Shown: positions 41,501-51,531, numbered from the stretch's first letter. The stretch is DNA of 64,000 bases from Candidatus Limnocylindrales bacterium (GCA_038319665.1 JBBQDL010000006.1:2967-66966); one strand, 5' to 3'. The notes: generated by a model from the sequence alone, not told the origin. Made by a program: numbers and translations.

Positions 41501-41825
41501 TGGGGTCGACCGCGAGCCCCATCATCCCGCGGTCCCAGTAGTTGTGGACGTTCACGCTGAGATCCGCGAACAGCGTGGGTGTCGAGTCCGTCAGACTCGA
41601 ATAGCGAAGGATCTTGCCGTTCTTCTCCGCTACGAAGACGGACCCACCCGGAGCGAAGGCGACGGCCATCGGGTGGTCGAGTCCGGTGAACATCGGCTCG
41701 TCGGCATAGCCCGCGTTCACGGTCGCCGGCGAGTCGGCCGCTACCGGCGCGACCGTGAATGACGCGGCGGCGGCGACGATGAGGAGCGCAGCGAAGACGC
41801 CTCGACGGCGGATGGTCGTTGGCAT
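38565..41825 (-). CDS. Large secreted PQQ-dependent sugar dehydrogenase-like protein with PKD and further C-terminal domains
   Basis: DRGMMGLAVDP, FGPEGALYV, YGLRNP, NFGWP; PKD FDASSSSD..YAWD; GDVDWYRF; terminal ..IYD/..LYD Ig-like repeats. Confidence 0.85.
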   Translation of the reverse strand: MPTTIRRRGVFAALLIVAAAASFTVAPVAADSPATVNAGYADEPMFTGLDHPMAVAFAPGGSVFVAEKNGKILRYSSLTDSTPTLFADLSVNVHNYWDRGMMGLAVDPNFPTKPYVYVLYDYNHILGDPAAAPRWPSADTIGGSVYDDRCPNPPQATGDGCVISGRLSRLAAQSNGSWDGVEHVLIEDWCQQFPSHSLGNLAFGPEGALYVTAGDGASFNSTTPDYGEFGGSLQNTPTPVNPCGDPPGGVGVAPTPPSAEGGSLRAQDIRTRSDPTGLDGTVLRIDPATGAGWPTNANHADSEANARRIIAYGLRNPLRMTIQPGTKDVWIGDVGFNTWEEIDHLTDPSNPPTNFGWPCWEGPATLPFFSNLHVSICDNLAPAAVATPFYAYRHSAAVVTGDGCGSGSSSISGIAFVPTTSHYPAADDGALFFSDYSRRCIWEIPAGAGGQPDQSAMVRFVNLRRGDGTCPATATGDAKCGGAVFLTAGPDGDLVYVDYDRGEIRKVHYYGANVPPVARFTATPSSGAAPLVVQFDASSSSDANGDTLTYAWDLNGDGLYDDAIGRTASRTYNAVGDVPVGLKVTDPLSAASTTTHTISVGNSPPAVTIDTPSASLTWKVGDKIPFSATGTDPQDGPLPASAYSWSLNMIHCPSNCHTHIIQTFTGIKSGTFDAPDHEYPSHLELSVTVTDSGGLTASAIVELQPKTGTVSAVSSPAGIPITVGASTGAPPPSATAIVGSQIGVSAPVSAVIGEDNWSFQSWSDSGARTHGVGVSGNTAVTATFARTTFTDASDTCAGASAATSPTGAWQGGRFGKAGDVDWYRFSLKAKTSVRIVLGDLAVAGRLELYQGCSTLLQVSDSPGSHTEEIIRSLPAGTYAVRLSGSGTSSTPSYALLMKAMPNSVHILSTRAWVIGSTLRLVGEVFNNTTRTVGPVVVTARIYDASNHLLATRQATTTLPYLRVNGRSPFVISGARPTGYHHVTFTISAPATSRRLGLPLRTVVRSYRNTAGQWLLTGWASNPYTTTVTSLRLAVTLYDARGNILDAIRPSVGATTLRPGARTAVSAASTVLGLSPDRVYLGGVVFR

Positions 41826-42058
41826 TGGTTCGGTCGTGCCCGCAAGGATCAGAGCTGGGTGATGACGTTCGTACCATCGCGCACGGGACCGTCGGCGGTC
41901 AATGGTCTGGATGACGCATTCGGTGCCCGGGGGAACCGCTACCCCCACTGATCCGTGTGATCCGCGAACGTCTGGCTAAGCGCGAACGGGGCGCTCACGG
42001 GGGCTACGCTGTCGTGGATGGGCGGGCGCTGCCCGCCGAAGCGGACGGTGGGCGGACG

Positions 42059-42673
42059 ATGATCAAGATCTGGAGCGAGCTGCGCGGGGCGCGGTCCAAG
42101 GAACAGCTTGCGGACATCGCGACGATCATCTGGGTGGGGTTCTGGGTGGGCATCGTCTGGCAGCTGTTCGGGTTCCTCGCCAGCTTCGCCGAGGCCGGGC
42201 GGACCATCACGGCCGGTGGCAGGAACATGGTCCAGGGCGGGCGGGACCTCGGCGAATCACTGGCCGGCCTGCCCGTCGTCGGATCGCAGGTCCGTGACAT
42301 CGCGCGCGGCGCGTTCGCAGGGGCCGGCGAGCCGCTCTCCTCGTTCGGAACGGAGCTGGAACGATTCATCTTCGTGGTCGCGGTCGTGCTCTCGATCCTG
42401 CTCGCGCTGGTCACGCTCGAGCCGTGGCTGGCTCGCTATCTGCCGTGGCGATGGCGCCGGCTCCGGCTCCTGCGCGCTGCGCACCGGGCGATCCGGACGG
42501 AGCCCGACATCGGCGATCCCGACATCGCGCGTGTCCTGGCGATGCGCGCCGTCACGCGACTCGACTACCCGACTCTGCTGGGGTTCACGCCGGATCCTCT
42601 CGGCGACTGGGCCCGGGGCCGCCACGACCGACTCGCCCGGGCGGAACTGGCGAGCGTCGGCCTCAAGCCCTGA
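42059..42673 (+). CDS. Membrane hypothetical protein
   Basis: Two TM segments; C-terminal TPDPLGDW..LARAELASVGL. Confidence 0.75.
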   Translation: MIKIWSELRGARSKEQLADIATIIWVGFWVGIVWQLFGFLASFAEAGRTITAGGRNMVQGGRDLGESLAGLPVVGSQVRDIARGAFAGAGEPLSSFGTELERFIFVVAVVLSILLALVTLEPWLARYLPWRWRRLRLLRAAHRAIRTEPDIGDPDIARVLAMRAVTRLDYPTLLGFTPDPLGDWARGRHDRLARAELASVGLKP

Positions 42674-42717
42674 GGGCGAGGGCGAGCAGCCTCGCCGGTT
42701 GGGCCCATCTGCCGATG

Positions 42718-43961
42718 CTAGCCAGCCGTGACCGCCGTCTGCCCCGCGACGTGATGTGCGAGTTCGGGGAAGCGTCGCGCCACTACCCAGACGCCGAGCA
42801 GGCAGGCGACGCCGCCCGAGACGACCGCGAACTGTGGATTCGTGACGGCGGCCACGACGCTGGCCTCGACGTCGCCGAAGCGCGGGCCGCTGGTCACGAC
42901 GAGGGCATGGATCGAGGTCACGCGGCCGCGCAGGCCATCGGGCGTGTCGAGCTGGATGAGCGACGATCGGAAGACCGCCGAGAAGACGTCGGCGGCGCCG
43001 GCCGCGGCAAGGAAGACGAGGGCGAGCGGGAATGAGAAGGTCGCCAGGCCGAAGGCCGTGATCGCCAGTCCCCAGGCGACGACCGAGAGGACGATCGCGC
43101 GCCCGGTCCGGTGGACCCGCGAGACCCAGCCGGAGAGGAGTGCGCCCAGGAAGGCGCCGACCGCCGGCGCGGCGGCCAGCAGCCCGAACCCGGCCGGTCC
43201 GGTGCGGAAGACGTCCAGGGCGAGACCGGGAAGAGCGCCGTCGGCATCCCGAAGATCATCGCGTCAAGATCGATCACGAAGCTGCCCAGGATCGCCCGTC
43301 GCTCGCGGACATAGCGCAGCCCCTCGCGGATGGCCGCGAGACCTGGGCGCGTGACGGCGCCGAGCGGCGGCAAGGGCCGGATCGCCACGAGTGCGACGAG
43401 CGCGGCCGCGAAGCTCACGACATCGACGGCGTAGGCGCCCGACAGGCCGACCGTGGCGATCAGGATCCCGCCAACGGCCGGCCCCACGATGGAGGCCAGT
43501 TGGAAGTTGAGCTGGTTGAGCGCGATGGCCGATGGCAGGCGCTCGGGCGGCACGAGCCGCGGGACCGACGACGCGCGGGCAGGCTGGTCGACGGCGCCCA
43601 GTCCGGCCGCCAGGGTGGCGATCGCGAACAGCGCGATGACCGGCGGCGAACCATGGAGCGCGAGCAGGACCAGCGCCAGGCTGCACGCGGCCAGGGCCGT
43701 CTGGGTCACCATCAACAGGCGTCGCCGGTCGACGACGTCGGCCAGGGAGCCCGCGCCCAGGGCGAAGACCAGGATGGGGACGAGCTGGCACAGGCTCAGC
43801 AGCCCGATCGCGAGCGTGGAGCCCGTGAGCACGTAGACCTGGTACGGGAGGGCGATCCGAGTGATCTGGTTGCCGATCCCCGAGACGACCTGGCCCGACC
43901 ACAACCAGCGATCGTCGCGGTCCAGCCGGAGTGGCGCGATGTCGAGGAAGAGCCGCCTCAC
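42718..43961 (-). pseudogene. MFS transporter (EntS-like) with one frameshift near 43225
   Basis: GSLADVVDRRRLL and IDLDAMIFGMPTALFP in one frame; LALDVFRTGPAGFGLL..TPDGLRGRV..GPRFGD in another. Confidence 0.82.
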
Positions 43962-43996
43962 TCGGCCACGGGCCTTGGGCGCGGACGCGCTCGACC

Positions 43997-46771
43997 CTAT
44001 CGGTCGCGCTCCGCGTTGGCCAGCACGGCCTGCGCCGCCGCCAACCGAGCGACCGGGACACGGAACGGCGAGCACGACACGTAGTCGAGCCCGATCCGCT
44101 CGCACTTGTGGATCGATTCCGGGTCGCCGCCGTGCTCGCCGCAGATGCCGAGCTCGATGTCGGGCCGGGTCGCCCGGCCCTTGTCGACCGCGGTCTTCAT
44201 CAGCCCGGCGACCGCATCGTCGAGGGTCTGGAACGGGTTGGACGGCAGGATCCCGTCCTCGACGTACTTGAGCAGGAAGCCGCCCTCGGCGTCGTCCCGG
44301 CTGTAGCCGAACGTCATTTGGGTCAGGTCGTTCGTGCCGAAGCTGAAGAATGCCGCATGCCGGGCGATCTCATCGGCGGTCAGGGCGCCGCGCGGCACCT
44401 CGATCATCGTCCCGAAGACGTATTCGACCTCGACCCCGGCGGCGGCCTCGACGGCCTTCGCCTCGGCCTCGAGGATGTCCTTGGTCGCCTTCAGCTCGTT
44501 CACGTGACCGACCAGCGGGATCATGATCTTGGCCTTCGGGTGGCCGCCCGACGCCTTGACCGCGATGAGCGCGTTCAGGATCGCCCGCGTCTGGACCTTC
44601 ACGAAGTCCGGGATCATCAGGCCCAGCCGGCAGCCGCGCAGCCCGAGCATGGGGTTCTGCTCGTGGAGGCTCTTGATCGTGGCCAGGAGCTCGCGGTCCT
44701 CCTCGGACGCGCCGCCGTCCGCGTCGGCCTTGGTCACCTTGACGAGCTGGTCCTCGAGGTTCGGCAGGAACTCGTGGAGCGGCGGGTCGATGAGCCGGAT
44801 GACGACCGGCAGGCCGTCCATGGCGCGGAAGATGCCCTCGAAGTCGCCCTGCTGGAGGACCTCGAGCTTGCCCATCGCGGCGTCGAAGGTGCCGATCGCG
44901 TCGGTTTCCTCGGCGCTGAGGGTTCCCCCCGCCGCGGCCTTCGCCTTCGCCCGCGTCGCGACCATCGCGACGAGGATCGCCCCGCGCACGATCTCGAGCC
45001 GCTCACCCTCGCGGAACATGTGCTCGGTCCGGCACAGGCCGATCCCCTGCGCGCCGTAGCTCCGGGCCATCGCCGCCTCTTCGGGCTTGTCGGCATTGGT
45101 CCATACCTGCATCCGTCGGACCTCGTCGGCCCAGCCCAGGATGGTCTGGAGGTCGGGCTGGTCCTCGAAGCGCGCCGAGACGGTCGGTAATGCGCCCAGG
45201 AAGACCTCGCCGGTCGCGCCGTCGAGGCTGATCCAGTCGCCCTCGCCGAAGCTGACGCCGTTGGCCGTCGCTGTGCGTGCCCCGTAGTCGATCACCAGTT
45301 CGTGCACGCCCGCGACGCACGGCTTGCCGATCTGGCGGGCGACGACCGCGGCGTGGCTGGTGGCGCCGCCGCGCGCCGTGAGGATCCCCTGGGCCACGGC
45401 CATCCCGTGGAAGTCGTCGGGCGAGGTCTCGATCCGGACGAGCACCACCCGCTCACCCCGGCCGACCCACTCGACCGCGCTGTCGGCATCGAAGACGGCC
45501 TTGCCGACCGCCGCTCCGGGCGAGGCATTGAGGCCCTTGGCGAGGCGGGTCGCCCCGGCCCGCGCCTTCGGGTCGAACTGGTCGCGCAAGAGCTGGTCGA
45601 CGTGCGCGGGCTCGATCCGCGTGAGCGCCTCTTCCTTCGAGATCACGCCCTCGGCGACAAGGTCGGTGGCGATCTTCACGGCGGCCGCGGCGGTTCGCTT
45701 CGCGTTTCGCGTCTGGAGCATGTAGAGCTTGCCGCGTTCGATCGTGAACTCGAGGTCCTGGACGTCCCGGTAATGCTTCTCGAGCTGCTCGCCGATTCGC
45801 ACGAACTCGCCGTAGACCTCGGGCATCTCGATCTGCATCTGACTGATCTTGGGCGCGGTCCGGATCCCGGCGACGACGTCCTCGCCCTGGGCGTTGGTGA
45901 GGTACTCGCCGAAGAGGACTTTCTCGCCGGTGTTCGGGTCGCGCGTGAAGGCGACTCCGGTGCCGGAATCGTCACCCATGTTGCCGAAGACCATGGTCAC
46001 GACATTGACCGCGGTGCCCAGGTCGTGGGCGATCTTCTGGTTGTTCCGGTAGTCCACGGCACGCTTGCCGAACCAGCTGGCGAAGACGGCCTTGATGGCG
46101 AGGTCGAGCTGCTCGTACGGGTCGGTCGGGAAATCGCGCCCGGTGTCCTCGCGCACGATGCGCTTGAACTCGGTGGTGAGCGCCTGCAGGTCCCCGGCCG
46201 TGAGCTCGGTGTCGAGCTGGACGCCGCGGGCGTGCTTGGCCGCCTCGAGCGCCTGATCGAAGCGATCAGGCTTCACGTCCAGCACGATCCGCCCGAACAT
46301 CTGGATGAAGCGCCGGTAGGCGTCCCAGCCGAATCGCTCGTTCCCGGTCAGGGCGACCAGCCCGTTCAGCGTCTCCTCGTTGAGCCCGAGGTTGAGAACG
46401 GTGTCCATCATGCCGGGCATCGAGAACTTGGCACCGGAGCGTACCGAGACGAGCAGCGGGTCAGCCGCGTTGCCGAAGCGCTTGCCGGTCCGCACCTCGA
46501 CTTCGCGGACGGCCTCGAGGACGTCGTCCCACAGGTCGTCGGGGAGCTTCTCACCGGCCGTGAAATAGTCGTTGCAGGCCTCGGTCGTGATGGTGAAGCC
46601 GGGTGGGACCGGGAGCCCCGCGTTGGTCATCTCGGCGAGGCCCGCGCCCTTGCCGCCGAGCAGGTCGCGCATCGTCGCGTCGCCCTCGGCCCGTCCACCT
46701 CCCCAGGCGTAGATGTATCGCTTGGCGGCGCGGTGGGTGCGCTCGCCGGGGGAAGCGGCGGTCGACGTCAT
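43997..46771 (-). CDS. ppdK: Pyruvate, phosphate dikinase
   Basis: LGGKGA, SVRSGA..SMPGMM, GGATSHAAVVAR, GIGLCRTEHMF, SFGTNDLTQ, GICGEHGG. Confidence 0.97.
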   Translation of the reverse strand: MTSTAASPGERTHRAAKRYIYAWGGGRAEGDATMRDLLGGKGAGLAEMTNAGLPVPPGFTITTEACNDYFTAGEKLPDDLWDDVLEAVREVEVRTGKRFGNAADPLLVSVRSGAKFSMPGMMDTVLNLGLNEETLNGLVALTGNERFGWDAYRRFIQMFGRIVLDVKPDRFDQALEAAKHARGVQLDTELTAGDLQALTTEFKRIVREDTGRDFPTDPYEQLDLAIKAVFASWFGKRAVDYRNNQKIAHDLGTAVNVVTMVFGNMGDDSGTGVAFTRDPNTGEKVLFGEYLTNAQGEDVVAGIRTAPKISQMQIEMPEVYGEFVRIGEQLEKHYRDVQDLEFTIERGKLYMLQTRNAKRTAAAAVKIATDLVAEGVISKEEALTRIEPAHVDQLLRDQFDPKARAGATRLAKGLNASPGAAVGKAVFDADSAVEWVGRGERVVLVRIETSPDDFHGMAVAQGILTARGGATSHAAVVARQIGKPCVAGVHELVIDYGARTATANGVSFGEGDWISLDGATGEVFLGALPTVSARFEDQPDLQTILGWADEVRRMQVWTNADKPEEAAMARSYGAQGIGLCRTEHMFREGERLEIVRGAILVAMVATRAKAKAAAGGTLSAEETDAIGTFDAAMGKLEVLQQGDFEGIFRAMDGLPVVIRLIDPPLHEFLPNLEDQLVKVTKADADGGASEEDRELLATIKSLHEQNPMLGLRGCRLGLMIPDFVKVQTRAILNALIAVKASGGHPKAKIMIPLVGHVNELKATKDILEAEAKAVEAAAGVEVEYVFGTMIEVPRGALTADEIARHAAFFSFGTNDLTQMTFGYSRDDAEGGFLLKYVEDGILPSNPFQTLDDAVAGLMKTAVDKGRATRPDIELGICGEHGGDPESIHKCERIGLDYVSCSPFRVPVARLAAAQAVLANAERDR

Positions 46772-46885
46772 GACGGGTTCCTCCGGGTGGCGGCCGGGGG
46801 CGGGCCGCGTCGGGATCGAGATCGATCGAGCCGTCTGATTGTACCGTCGGGGCTGACACGGCTCCGATCGGGGAGGTCCGCGAGC

Positions 46886-47470
46886 CTAGGCGCGCGACGC
46901 GTGCTCCACTCGCTCGGGCGTGGCAGGCGCCGGGCGCGACCGGACGACATTGCTCGCCCAGGTCGCGATCTCGGTCCGACGCGCCGCGCCGAGCTTGGCG
47001 AGGATGTGTTCCACGTGACTGCTCGCCGTATTCGGCGCGATGCCGAGCGTATCGGCGATCTCCGCCTTTGTCAGCCCCTCCCCGACGAGTCGCGCCACCT
47101 CGAACTCGCGAGACGTCAGCGGTCGCCACGGTTCGTCATCCGCCGAGTGGCCACGCGCCATCCGCAGCAGCACGTCCGCTCGATCCGAGAGGACGGGCGA
47201 CTCAAGACGCTCCGCCCCCGCCCGCGCCGCGGTCGCGACCGTCGCCGCCTCGGCGAACCGATTGCTGCGGATCAGGCTGTGAGCGAGGTCGAGTCGGGCC
47301 CACGCGGCCTCCCACGCCCGCCCGTGCCGATCCCAGCCGTCGACCGACGACTCGAGCGCGATGCGCGCGATCCAGGTCGCTCCCTCCGCGAGCGCCACCA
47401 TCCCTCGAGCATGGTCTAGTGCGGCGCCGGCGACGTCCCGGATCGGATCGAGTTGGAACCCGACGGTGTC
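46886..47470 (-). pseudogene. C-terminal fragment of a large LuxR-family regulator (5' end approximate)
   Basis: PLTSREFEVARLVGEGLTKAEIA..TASSHVEHILAKLG HTH preceded by TPR-like helices; no convincing start or N-terminal domain. Confidence 0.6.
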
Positions 47471-47651
47471 CTGCCGCGGCACAGGCGATAACGGCGGCTG
47501 ATCTCCGAGGCCCTCGGCGACCGGGGCGGATCTGCCTCTCCGGTCGGTGCCGACGACGAAGCCTGGAGCGCCTCCCGCGCTCCGGGCTTCGTCACGTCCG
47601 GGTCGGCCTGGGTGCCGATGTACGGCCGGCCGCCCGGGTACCATCGAATGC

Positions 47652-48488
47652 ATGACCGAGCTTGCGACCGACCCGCGGGTCATCGAACCCGACGCGCCCG
47701 TCTACAACGCCCGGCTCATCCGTCGCCAGGACGAGAACGACTCGCTCGCCTGCTTCTGGGTCCGGTTCGATGGTGAGCCGACCCCGTTCCAGAGCGGCCA
47801 GTACATGACCATCGGGGTCATGGTCGAGGGCAAGCTCGTCCAGCGGCCCTACTCCGTCGCCTCGGCGCCCGCTGTCGCCGGCTCGGACGGCTACGAGTTC
47901 TACGTGCGACTCGTCCAGGGCGGGACGTTCACCCCGCTCCTGTGGCGATTGCCGGTCGGCCACGGCATGCGGATGATCGGCCCGAAGGGCAAGTTCATGC
48001 TCCAGCCCGACGACGAGCGGACGCACATCTTCATCTCCTCGGGCACCGGCAACGCCCCGTTCGTCGCGATGATGCGTCAGCTGCTCATCGATGGCCGGCC
48101 GCGTCGGGTCGTCTTCCTGAATGGCGTCTCGTATGCCGACGAGCTGGGCTACCGCGAGGAGCTCGAGGACTGGCAGGCGTCTGGGACCTATCCGGTCACC
48201 TACATCCCGACCGTCTCGCGGCCAGCCGACGCGCGCAACGCGGGGTGGGGCGGCCGGACGGGTCGCGTCGAGGCGATCCTGGGCCCCGTCCTCGACGAGC
48301 TCGGCCTTTCCCCGGCCGATTCGATCGCCTACATCTGTGGCAACCCGGACATGATCCTGTCGGCGGAGGCGACGCTCCTCGAGCGGGGCTATCCCGAGGA
48401 GCAGGTCCACAAGGAGCTGTACTGGCCCAAGGGCAAGGAGCCGCGCGGCGCGACGGGCGCCGACCGGGCCGCCAACGCCGACGAGTAA
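47652..48488 (+). CDS. fpr: Ferredoxin/flavodoxin-NADP+ reductase
   Basis: RPYSVAS, GTFTP, SGTGNAPF, TVSR, YICGNPDM, KELYW. Confidence 0.88.
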   Translation: MTELATDPRVIEPDAPVYNARLIRRQDENDSLACFWVRFDGEPTPFQSGQYMTIGVMVEGKLVQRPYSVASAPAVAGSDGYEFYVRLVQGGTFTPLLWRLPVGHGMRMIGPKGKFMLQPDDERTHIFISSGTGNAPFVAMMRQLLIDGRPRRVVFLNGVSYADELGYREELEDWQASGTYPVTYIPTVSRPADARNAGWGGRTGRVEAILGPVLDELGLSPADSIAYICGNPDMILSAEATLLERGYPEEQVHKELYWPKGKEPRGATGADRAANADE

Positions 48489-48526
48489 GCCGGCCGCGCG
48501 GCCAGACGGCCCGCCCCACCACGGCC

Positions 48527-49936
48527 CTACCCGGCCTGGGCGGCCTCGAGGCGGTCGAGGATGAGCCTGGTGATGCCTTCGACGGGGATCCGCTCCTGCG
48601 CCATCGAGTCGCGGTCGCGGACCGTGACCGCGCCGTCCTCGAGCGAGTCGACGTCGACCGTGACGCACCACGGCGTGCCGATCTCATCCTGGCGACGGTA
48701 GAGCTTCCCGATCGCGGCCGTGTCGTCGTAGACCGCCATCGTGTGGCGCTTGAGATCGTCCTTGATCCGTTGGCACAGCTCGACGATCTCGGGCCGCTTC
48801 TTGAGCAGGGGCAGGACGGCGACCTTGTACGGCGCGAGCTGCGGGTGGAGGGCGAGCGAGACGCGCGTCTCGCTCCGGACCTCCTCCTCGCGGTAGGCGT
48901 CGATGAGGAAGGTGAACGCGGCCCGGTCCGCGCCGGCCGCCGTCTCGACCACCCACGGGACGATGTGCTCGTTGGTCGCCTGGTCGAAGTACTCGAGTTT
49001 CTCGCCCGACGCCTCGCTGTGACGTGAGAGGTCGAAGTCGCCCCGGTTGTGGACGCCCTCGAGCTCCTTCCAGCCGAACGGGAAGCGGTATTCGACATCG
49101 ACCGCCTTCCTGGCGTAGTGGGCCAGCTCGTCGGGCGCATGCTCCCGCAGGCGCAGCCGCGAGGGGTTGACGCCGAACTGCTCGTACCAGGCGCGGCGCC
49201 TGGGCAACCACAGCTCGAACGCGTCGGCCGCGGCCTCCGGGCGGACGAAGTACTGCATCTCCATCTGCTCGAACTCGCGCATCCGGAAGACGAAGTTGCC
49301 GGGGCTGATCTCGTTGCGGAAGGACTTGCCGACCTGGGCGATCCCGAACGGCAGCTTCTTGCGGGTGGAGCCCTGCACGTTCTTGAAGTTGACGTACGAG
49401 CCCTGTGCCGTCTCGGGCCGCAGGTAGATGACCGACGCCTCGTCCTCGACCGGGCCCATGAACGTCTTGAACATGAGGTTGAACCGCCGTGGCGCCGAGA
49501 GCGGCCCGCCGTCCTCCGGGCAGCGCAGCCCGAGGCGCTCGACGATGGTCGGGTCCGCCAGGTCGGTCGCGGTCAGGTGCTCGGCGCCGGGCAGCTCGTC
49601 GAGCCGGAACCGCTTGTGGTCGGTCCCGCATTCGACCAGCGGATCACTGAACGAGCCGACGTGACCGGACGTCACCCAGACCTGGGGGTGCATGAGGATC
49701 CCCGCATCGAGCCCGACGATATCGTCGCGCTCCTGGACCATCGCCCGCCACCATGCCCGCTTGACATTGTTCTTGAGCTCGACGCCGAGAGGCCCGTAGT
49801 CCCAGACCGCGTTGATACCGCCGTAGATCTCGCTCGACGGGAAGACGAAGCCGCGCCGCTTCGCGAGCGACACGATCGTGTCGAGCTCGGCGACGGCGGG
49901 CGCGACGTCGTTCGGGTCGCCGGGGTGGAGGGTCAT
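48527..49936 (-). CDS. glyQS: Glycine--tRNA ligase, homodimeric type
   Basis: KRRGF, YLRPETAQG, GKSFRNEI, REFEQME, IGKLYRRQDEIGTP; GGAG RBS. Confidence 0.96.
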   Translation of the reverse strand: MTLHPGDPNDVAPAVAELDTIVSLAKRRGFVFPSSEIYGGINAVWDYGPLGVELKNNVKRAWWRAMVQERDDIVGLDAGILMHPQVWVTSGHVGSFSDPLVECGTDHKRFRLDELPGAEHLTATDLADPTIVERLGLRCPEDGGPLSAPRRFNLMFKTFMGPVEDEASVIYLRPETAQGSYVNFKNVQGSTRKKLPFGIAQVGKSFRNEISPGNFVFRMREFEQMEMQYFVRPEAAADAFELWLPRRRAWYEQFGVNPSRLRLREHAPDELAHYARKAVDVEYRFPFGWKELEGVHNRGDFDLSRHSEASGEKLEYFDQATNEHIVPWVVETAAGADRAAFTFLIDAYREEEVRSETRVSLALHPQLAPYKVAVLPLLKKRPEIVELCQRIKDDLKRHTMAVYDDTAAIGKLYRRQDEIGTPWCVTVDVDSLEDGAVTVRDRDSMAQERIPVEGITRLILDRLEAAQAG

Positions 49937-50057
49937 GGATAACGTCTCCGAGGAGCGTCCGGACCTGGCACGACCGGATGCGATGGATTGGGAGCGCGAT
50001 GCTAGCAGAGCGTTGCCGCGGCCCACCGGTGCTGGGCGGGAAATCTCGTCAGAGCCC

Positions 50058-50118
50058 TTGACATCGGCCGATCCTGCGCTAGATTCGGTCGAGCGACCGA
50101 TATCGGTCGAGCGCCCGA
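50058..50118 (+). promoter_or_regulatory. Promoter TTGACA-N16-TAGATT followed by two tandem palindromic operators
   Basis: TCGGTCG-AG-CGACCGA 50085-50100 and TCGGTCG-AG-CGCCCGA 50103-50118. Confidence 0.78.
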
Positions 50119-50140
50119 ACAACAGAGGAGGATCGACGTC

Positions 50141-50749
50141 ATGGCATACGCGATCGAAGGCAAGCTGCTCGAGGTCTGCTCGTGCAACGTCCTTTGCCCA
50201 TGCTGGGTGGGCGAAGACCCGGACGGCGGCACCTGTGATTCGGCCCTGGCCTGGCACATCGACGGTGGCGAGATCGAAGGCGTCGATGTGAGCGGCCGCA
50301 CGGTCGCCCTGTCCGTGCATATCCCGGGCAACGTCCTGACTCCCGCCTCGTGGAAGGCGGCAGTCTTCGTCGACGACGGCACGACCGACGAACAGCAAGC
50401 GCTTCTGCTGAAGGTCTTCACCGGGCAACTCGGCGGCGCGATCGCCGACCTCGCAGGGCTCATCGGCGAGGTCGTCTCGGTCGAGCGAGTACCGATCACC
50501 TTCACCGTCGACGGCGGCCGTGGCCGGCTCACGGTGGGCGCCATCGCCGACGCGGAGATCACCCCGTACACCGGCGCGACGGGCAAGCCGACGATCCTCT
50601 CCGAGACGGTCTTCTCGACCGTACCGGGATCCCCGGTCTATGTCGCGAAGTCCGACTACTTCACCCGCGACGGGCGTCCCCATGGTCTGCCCAGTGTCGA
50701 CCGCAAGGGCAACAACGCCCTCCAGGGTCATTTCCGTTTCGCAGCCTGA
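50141..50749 (+). CDS. DUF1326 family protein
   Basis: EVCSCNVLCPC..GTC Cys motif, GVDVSG; GGAGGA RBS. Confidence 0.85.
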   Translation: MAYAIEGKLLEVCSCNVLCPCWVGEDPDGGTCDSALAWHIDGGEIEGVDVSGRTVALSVHIPGNVLTPASWKAAVFVDDGTTDEQQALLLKVFTGQLGGAIADLAGLIGEVVSVERVPITFTVDGGRGRLTVGAIADAEITPYTGATGKPTILSETVFSTVPGSPVYVAKSDYFTRDGRPHGLPSVDRKGNNALQGHFRFAA

Positions 50750-50766
50750 CAGCCGAGTGGGATCTG

Positions 50767-51531
50767 ATGTTCGCCTACGGTCACGTACGCTCGCCCGCCC
50801 GCGACCGGCGGATCCTGCTCGGGCCGATCGGTCTGCTGATCGGGGCAGCCTGGCTCGCGCTCTGGCAGCTGGACGCCTCGCCCTATGGCCGGTACCTCCA
50901 TCACGAAACGCCGGCCGGTCTCGGCGGGCTGCTGGAGGCGAGCCTGTTCGTCGTTGGCTGGACGCTGATGATCGTGGCAACGATGCTGCCGACGACGATC
51001 CCGCTCCTGGCCACGTTCGGGGCGTTGGTCGGGCGGCGGCGGCGGCCTGGCTTGCTGGTGGGCCTGGTCATCGTCGGCTACCTCGTGGCTTGGTCGACGT
51101 TCGGCCTGGTCGCGTGGCTCGGCGACCGTCTGGTCCATCTCTCGGTGGACGCCATCCCCTGGCTGGCGGCCTACCCGCAACTCATCCTGGCCACTACGTT
51201 GGCCGTGGCCGGGCTCTACCAGTTCAGCCCACTCAAGTATCGCTGCCTTGACGAGTGCCGCTCGCCGCTCGGGTTCGTCCTGGGTCGCTGGCAGGGAACC
51301 TCCGAGCGCGTGGAGTCGCTCCGCCTGGGGGTCGCCCACGGCGTCTTCTGTATCGGTTGCTGCTGGTCGCTGATGCTCGTGATGTTCGGGGCCGGGCTCG
51401 GCAACCTGGCCTGGATGTTCGTTCTCGCGGTCATCACCTCGATCGAGAAGAACGCGCCATGGGGCGGCCGCCTGGGGCATCCGCTCGGCCTCGGGCTCAT
51501 CCTCGCCGGCCTTGCGGTCCTCAATGGCTGA
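50767..51531 (+). CDS. DUF2182 family metal-binding integral membrane protein
   Basis: WTLMIVATMLP, YQFSPLKYRCLDECRSP, CIGCCWSLM. Confidence 0.85.
   Translation: MFAYGHVRSPARDRRILLGPIGLLIGAAWLALWQLDASPYGRYLHHETPAGLGGLLEASLFVVGWTLMIVATMLPTTIPLLATFGALVGRRRRPGLLVGLVIVGYLVAWSTFGLVAWLGDRLVHLSVDAIPWLAAYPQLILATTLAVAGLYQFSPLKYRCLDECRSPLGFVLGRWQGTSERVESLRLGVAHGVFCIGCCWSLMLVMFGAGLGNLAWMFVLAVITSIEKNAPWGGRLGHPLGLGLILAGLAVLNG

Noticed and set aside
49937-50980. N-terminal extension of the 817-aa GlyRS ORF
   Set aside because: Antisense to DUF1326/DUF2182; an RBS supports the start at 49936. No T-box recognised.
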